Shown here in pieces: positions 49,111-54,382 of a DNA stretch of 54,382 bases (positions are counted from its first letter, which is position 1; every line of letters begins with the position of its first letter). This DNA is from Octopus bimaculoides (taxonomy: Eukaryota). A program made the position numbers and the translations under genes. The stretch covers positions 60,188,298-60,242,679 of the forward strand of contig NC_068983.1 in the NCBI RefSeq assembly GCF_001194135.2, read 5' to 3'. A model generated the notes under the pieces. That model was not told where the DNA came from. It saw nothing but the letters and a program-made list of their open reading frames with translations, and did not search any database.

Positions 49111-50346
49111 TATGAATTTGTCTGAATACACAATGTTCTTTAAGGAGGCGCAATGGCCCAGTGGTTAGGGCAGCAGACTTGCGGTCGTAGGATCACGGTT
49201 TTGATTCCCAGACCGGGTGTTGTGAGTGTTTATTGAGCAAAAACATTTAGGGGCTCCATGAAGCTCCAGCAGGGGGATGGGGGTGGCGAACCCTGCTGTA
49301 CTCTTTCCCTCCAACTTTCTCTCACTCTTGCTTCCTGTTTCTGTTCTACGTGTATTTCAAAGGGCCAGCCTTGTCACACTCCATGTCACACTGAATCTCC
49401 CCGAGAACTACATTAAGCGCACACGTGTCTGTGGAGTGCTCAGCCACTTGCACGTTAATTTAATGAGCAGGCTCTTCCATTGATCAGATCATCTGGAACT
49501 CTCATCGTCATAACTGATGGAGTGCCACGATATACATAAATATATATATATATATATATATATANNNNNNNNNNNNNNNNNNNNNNNNNNNNNNNNNNNN
49601 NNNNNNNNNNNNNNNNNNNNNNNNNNNNNNNNNNNNNNNNNNNNNNNNNNNNNNNNNNNNNNNNNNNNNNNNNATGAGAACAAAAAAAAATAATTGAGGG
49701 ACATAAAGAATAATTAAATGCTTGTGAAATCATTTTGTAATTTCCAAGAATTGAGAGATCTTATCTATGATCTCCAGGTGATTCTGCACAGTGAGTTCAT
49801 GATAGAATGTCTTTAAAATGTATACGATCTGTTCTTAGACAATGAAATCTATGTTTATTAGCATTCTTCAGTTTCAGATGTGTTTTAAATGTGCTTAAAT
49901 CTAGACGAGATAAAAGGGGATTAAAGCTTGATAGCTTATCTTTCAATAATTCCCAATATTTTTTCTACTCTTGATATTCATCATCATCATCATTTAACGT
50001 CCGTTGTCCATGCTGGCATGGGTTGGACAGGTTGACCAGGGTTGGTAAGCTGGAAGGCTGCACCAGACTCCTGTCTGATTTAGCATGATTTTCTATAGCT
50101 GGATGCTCTTCCTAATGCCAACCACTCAGAGTGTAATGGTTGCTTTTACATGCCACTAGCATGGGTGCCATTTGCGTGACCCCAGTATCTGCCATGACAC
50201 ACACAGGTTCAGGCATGGCTGTGTGGTAAGACACTTGCTCCCCAACCACATGATTTTGGGTTCAGTCCCACCGAGTGACACCTTGAGCAAGTGTCTCCCA
50301 CCACAGCCTCAGGCCAACCAAATCCTTGTGAGTGGGTCTAATATCA

Positions 50347-50715
50347 TTATTACTTCTGCTTTAGCAAAGGCAGAGGTATTGTTTTCAGTCGTATTTGTTT
50401 GTTTGTTTGTCTGTGGACAACTCAAGAACTGCTGGATGGATTGAGATGAAACAATCAGGGCTGTTTGGCCTCATGACTGGCACAAACTGATTAGATCCTG
50501 CAATCGATCTGGTACTGGACAAGGATTCTGGATTATTTTTATAGTTTTTTTCACTTAATTTTTGAGAGCAGTCAGGTTCATTTTTAGTATTCTCGTTTGT
50601 GAGAGCAGTTGAGTTTATTTCAGATATTCTCATTTTAAAAATCATCTCTGGCTAATCATTGAGAGGACATTGGTGTTGCCTTGGCGGAGGTTTGCACTCT
50701 CTGAATGCTCTTGGT
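50347..50715 (+). mobile_element. Non-autonomous Helitron/Helentron-like element
   Basis: 5' ttattacttctgcttt...aaaggcagagg short inverted repeat, then a (TTTG)n microsatellite and a 3' ccttggcggaggtttgcactctctgaatgct end, the architecture of Helentron-associated short elements. Assigned by recognition. Confidence 0.45.
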
Positions 50716-50957
50716 ACAATTGTTGTTGTTGTTGTTGTTGATTTAATTTGTGATATTTGGCAATGGTTCTATTATTTTTCTTTGTACACTTTCTTTTATT
50801 TCATTTGCTAATTCATCTCCCGTCTTATTTCCATTCATATTCGTAGGCACAGGGATGACTGTGTGGTAAGAAGCTTACTTCCCAAACACATGGTTCTGGG
50901 TTCAATCCCACCGTGCAGTACTTTGGGCAAGTGTCTTCTACTTTAGCCTTGGGCTGG

Positions 50958-51004
<47 letters not shown>

Positions 51005-51563
51005 TGTGTGACTGTATTTGTTCCCCACCACTGCTTGAGAACTGCTGATGGTGTGTTTACATTCCTATAACTCAGAGAATTTCAGAAAAAGAGACCAATA
51101 AAATAAACACTCGACTTAAAATTAAAAACCTAAATACTAAAGTCAATTCATCCAACTAAAATTTCTTCAAGGTGCCCCAGCATGGCCAAAGTCTAATGAC
51201 TGCAACAAGTAAAAGACAAAAAGATAAAGATGTTTATATAAATCTGCATTCAAATCATACTTACTTATTATTTCCAAATAAATAAATGTCTGTTTATAAC
51301 AGTTTGTTTTAATCCTGCCACTCTTCATCTTGATGGAAATATTTCAGCTTCAATAAACTACCGACAACTAATGAGTTTGTTTCCCTACAATGATAATTCT
51401 TTAGCAGGGTCAAGAAATTGTTAATGTTTTCCATTCCTTATAGTTCAGGAAATAAATTCCACTGAGGTCGACTTTGCCTTTCATCCTTTCGGGGTCGATA
51501 AATTAAGTACCATTTGCGTACTGGGATCGATCTAATCGACTGCCCCAACAATTTCAGGCTTTA

Positions 51564-51795
51564 TGGAGATTTGTTGGTCATTTTCTCAGAAAAGATGATG
51601 GAATGGAGCATTACATGATGGAGTCTGAGCTGGTGGAAAGGAAAGCGAGAGGAAGCCAGAGAATGAAGATGTTTGACTGGATGAAGAAAAGAATGAATGT
51701 GAAGTGGGAGAAAGAAACGGGTGATGTTGTAAGAGACGGAAATAAATGAAGGAGGAACAAGTCATGATTTATCAAAGGCATGAATATGCCATGAT

Positions 51796-51842
<47 letters not shown>
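51564..51842 (+). mobile_element. RTE-clade LINE 3' end with (GA)n tail (different subfamily)
   Basis: Reads WRFVGHFLRKDDGMEHYMMESELVERKARGSQRMKMFDWMKKRM...RDGNK* (RxxGHxxR and RxRGRxRxxxxD motifs), followed by about 44 bp of (GA)n. Confidence 0.65.
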
Positions 51843-51843
<1 letters not shown>

Positions 51844-53875
51844 CTAGAGTAGAAAAGATTGTAGTTCAGGAAATGCCATACAGCACCACACCCTTCCTGT
51901 TGCTGAGAGTATGACCCATCTGTGTGACTGATCCAGTTAGCAAAAGTATGTAGCTGTCCCAGATTAGAATCATGTGATTAAGTAACACTGTTATTTGTAC
52001 TTTCTGACTTTTTTTTTATTGTTATTTTAAATGACTTTAGTTATTCTATTCATACAGAGGAAACCAAATTTGATACAACTTTCTTTTCTGCTTATCCCTT
52101 TAGCATTTAATCCAGCTATATCTGACGCAAATATTCTACCTGTTTTATGTTCAAACTGGCCAGATCCAGCTTTTCACACCTACCTTACAATGTTATTCTA
52201 AAAGTATACAATCTCATCATTGAAATCTGAAAGCTATAAGATAATACAGGATTAACTCAAAACAGTATGAATGAACAAGCATTACATATGACAGAATAAT
52301 CTTAAATGATAAAAGGTTAACCAGTGCAGTTAGCAGTTTGCATTTCCTAGATTCATCTAATAACAAGTGAATAGAAATTAATCATTTTAATGAAAAATAA
52401 GGTATTTTAAAGGTAGATCTTGAGCAGGCCAATATATTTTTCCCTATTTAAGAGGAATTTTTCAATAGCTTCAAGATAGATCGTACTTATATCATTTCTT
52501 ATCCATCTCCTATACTGAAATTTAGCACTGTTAATTTTATTATTATACAATCTCAAGTGTATTTCTTTGATAAAACGTTAACAACATGCTATGTTGAAAT
52601 CGTGGTTTTCAATTAAGATTAGTTTCCCATTTCTAATCTGGATGTAGCCTGATAACAAGAATATTAACAGTTTTTTGCAACGTCAATGGTTGAGTCATTT
52701 ATTTGCTCATTTGTTTTACATTCATTTTTGCATACCAGCATGGGTTAGGTGAATATATTATTGAGACATCATTTTGTAGCTGGATGCCCTTCCTGTTGCT
52801 AACCCTTACCTGTTTTTCAAGTGAGGTGCGAACTTCTCTCTCCAACAACATCACAATTTTCCCTGGGAAACTGTCTTGCAAACTGGAACACCTCAAGCCG
52901 CTGGTCCTCAAGCTGCAAAACATTGGTGAATGTCCTCCTTTCTGATATAATGTTTCAGCTATATAATGACATAATGACATAATGTTTTAATTACAATCAT
53001 GAGTTACATTGCTGAAAGCTCATTTTAAATGTAGGAACATCAAACTGAATGTTTGTGTTATAGGTTTTTAAATATCTAAATCATGAATAATCTCAATAAT
53101 CTATCATCATCATCATCATCACAATCATTATCAGGTACATTTTCAAACCACGAATTCTCCCTATACACACACACACACACACANNNNNNNNNNNNNNNNN
53201 NNNNNNNNNNNNNNNNNNNNNNNNNNNNNNNNNNNNNNNNNNNNNNNNNNNNNNNNNNNNNNNNNNNNNNNNNNNNNNNNNNNNNNNNNNNNNNNNNNNN
53301 NNNNNNNNNNNNNNNNNNNNNNNNNNNNNNNNNNNNNNNNNNNNNNNNNNNNNNNNNNNNNNNNNNNNNNNNNNNNNNNNNNNNNNNNNNNNNNNNNNNN
53401 NNNNNNNNNNNNNNNNNNNNNNNNNNNNNNNNNNNNNNNNNNNNNNNNNNNNNNNNNNNNNNNNNNNNNNNNNNNNNNNNNNNNNNNNNNNNNNNNNNNN
53501 NNNNNNNNNNNNNNNNNNNNNNNNNNNNNNNNNNNNNNNNNNNNNNNNNNNNNNNNNNNNNNNNNNNNNNNNNNNNNNNNNNNNNNNNNNNNNNNNNNNN
53601 NNNNNNNNNNNNNNNNNNNNNNNNNNNNNNNNNNNNNNNNNNNNNNNNNNNNNNNNNNNNNNNNNNNNNNNNNNNNNNNNNNNNNNNNNNNNNNNNNNNN
53701 NNNNNNNNNNNNNNNNNNNNNNNNNNNNNNNNNNNNNNNNNNNNNNNNNNNNNNNNNNNNNNNNNNNNNNNNNNNNNNNNNNNNNNNNNNNNNNNNNNNN
53801 NNNNNNNNNNNNNNNNNNNNNNNNNNNNNNNNNNNNNNNNNNNNNNNNNNNNNNNNNNNNNNNNATATATGCTTA

Positions 53876-54382
53876 CATCATCATCATCATCGTTTAACGT
53901 CCGCTTTCCATGCTAGCATGGGTTGGACGATTTGACTGAAGACTGGTGAAACCGGATGGCAACACCAGGCTCCAATCTAAATTTGGCAGAGTTTCTACAG
54001 CTGGATGCCCTTCCTAACGCCAACCACTCAGAGAGTGTAGTAGGTGCTTTTACGTGTCACCCGCACGAAGGCCAGTCAGGCGATACTGGCAACGGCCACG
54101 CTCGAAATGGTGTCTTTTATGTGCCACCCGCACAAGAGCCAGTCCAGGGGCACTTGCAACAATCTCGCTCGGAAATCCTACGAAGGCCAGTCAGGCGGTA
54201 CTGGCTATGGCCACGCTCAAAATGGTGCATCTTATGTGCCACCCGCACAAGAGCCAGTCCAGGGGCACTGGCAACAATCTCACTTGGCTTGCCGGGTCTT
54301 CTCACGCACAGCACATTTCCAAAGGTCTCGGTCAGTAGTCATCGCCTCGGTAAGGCCCAATGTACGAAGGTCTTGCCTCACC
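53876..54382 (-). mobile_element. Little-diverged RTE-clade LINE 3' end: ORF C-terminus, 3'UTR and (GAT)n tail
   Basis: The minus frame at the window end reads VRQDLRTLGLTEAMTTDRDLWKCAVREKTRQAK, followed by tandem ~50-bp UTR units and a ...ccaacccatgctagcatggaaagcggacgttaaacgatgatgatg tail. Confidence 0.8.

Larger units (their letters stand above)
3213..53865. other. Assembly gaps: 3213-3410, 7547-7556, 17270-17740, 18945-19650, 20399-20408, 26243-26603, 45988-46357, 49565-49673, 53184-53865
   Basis: Runs of N, mostly flanked by microsatellites, consistent with a short-read assembly. Confidence 0.98.

Noticed and set aside
1-54382. CRISPR arrays, rRNA or prokaryotic systems
   Set aside because: None seen; the tandem arrays lack unique spacers and the DNA is intron-containing eukaryotic sequence.

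Overview
AT-rich, repeat-dense animal genomic DNA with nine assembly gaps. The interspersed repeats look like those I recall from cephalopod (Octopus-like) genomes; this is an inference, not a database result. Two host genes can be read directly. (1) A minus-strand penta-EF-hand, peflin-like gene with four phase-consistent exons (27270-27296, 4338-4515, 2469-2624, 748-891) and a 22.7-kb first intron; its 3' part lies left of the window. (2) A plus-strand gene with an atypical C-type lectin-like domain split over two exons (43939-44121, 47847-48059). The rest is mostly mobile DNA: several tRNA-derived SINE families, RTE-clade LINE fragments with (GAT)n tails, a Tx1/L1-clade LINE 3' end, a decayed maT/DD37D-type mariner transposase, a decayed PGBD-like piggyBac with an intact right end, TTAA and hAT MITEs, a Helentron-like element and many microsatellites. 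The most notable unannotated signal is a set of short Penelope-like repeats from different families carrying minimal type I hammerhead-ribozyme folds. One, at 40171-40245 (minus), has an intact CUGAUGA/GAAA/GUC core and a palindromic stem III. Most entries in the supplied ORF track are spurious (N-runs, microsatellites, SINE/LINE tails).
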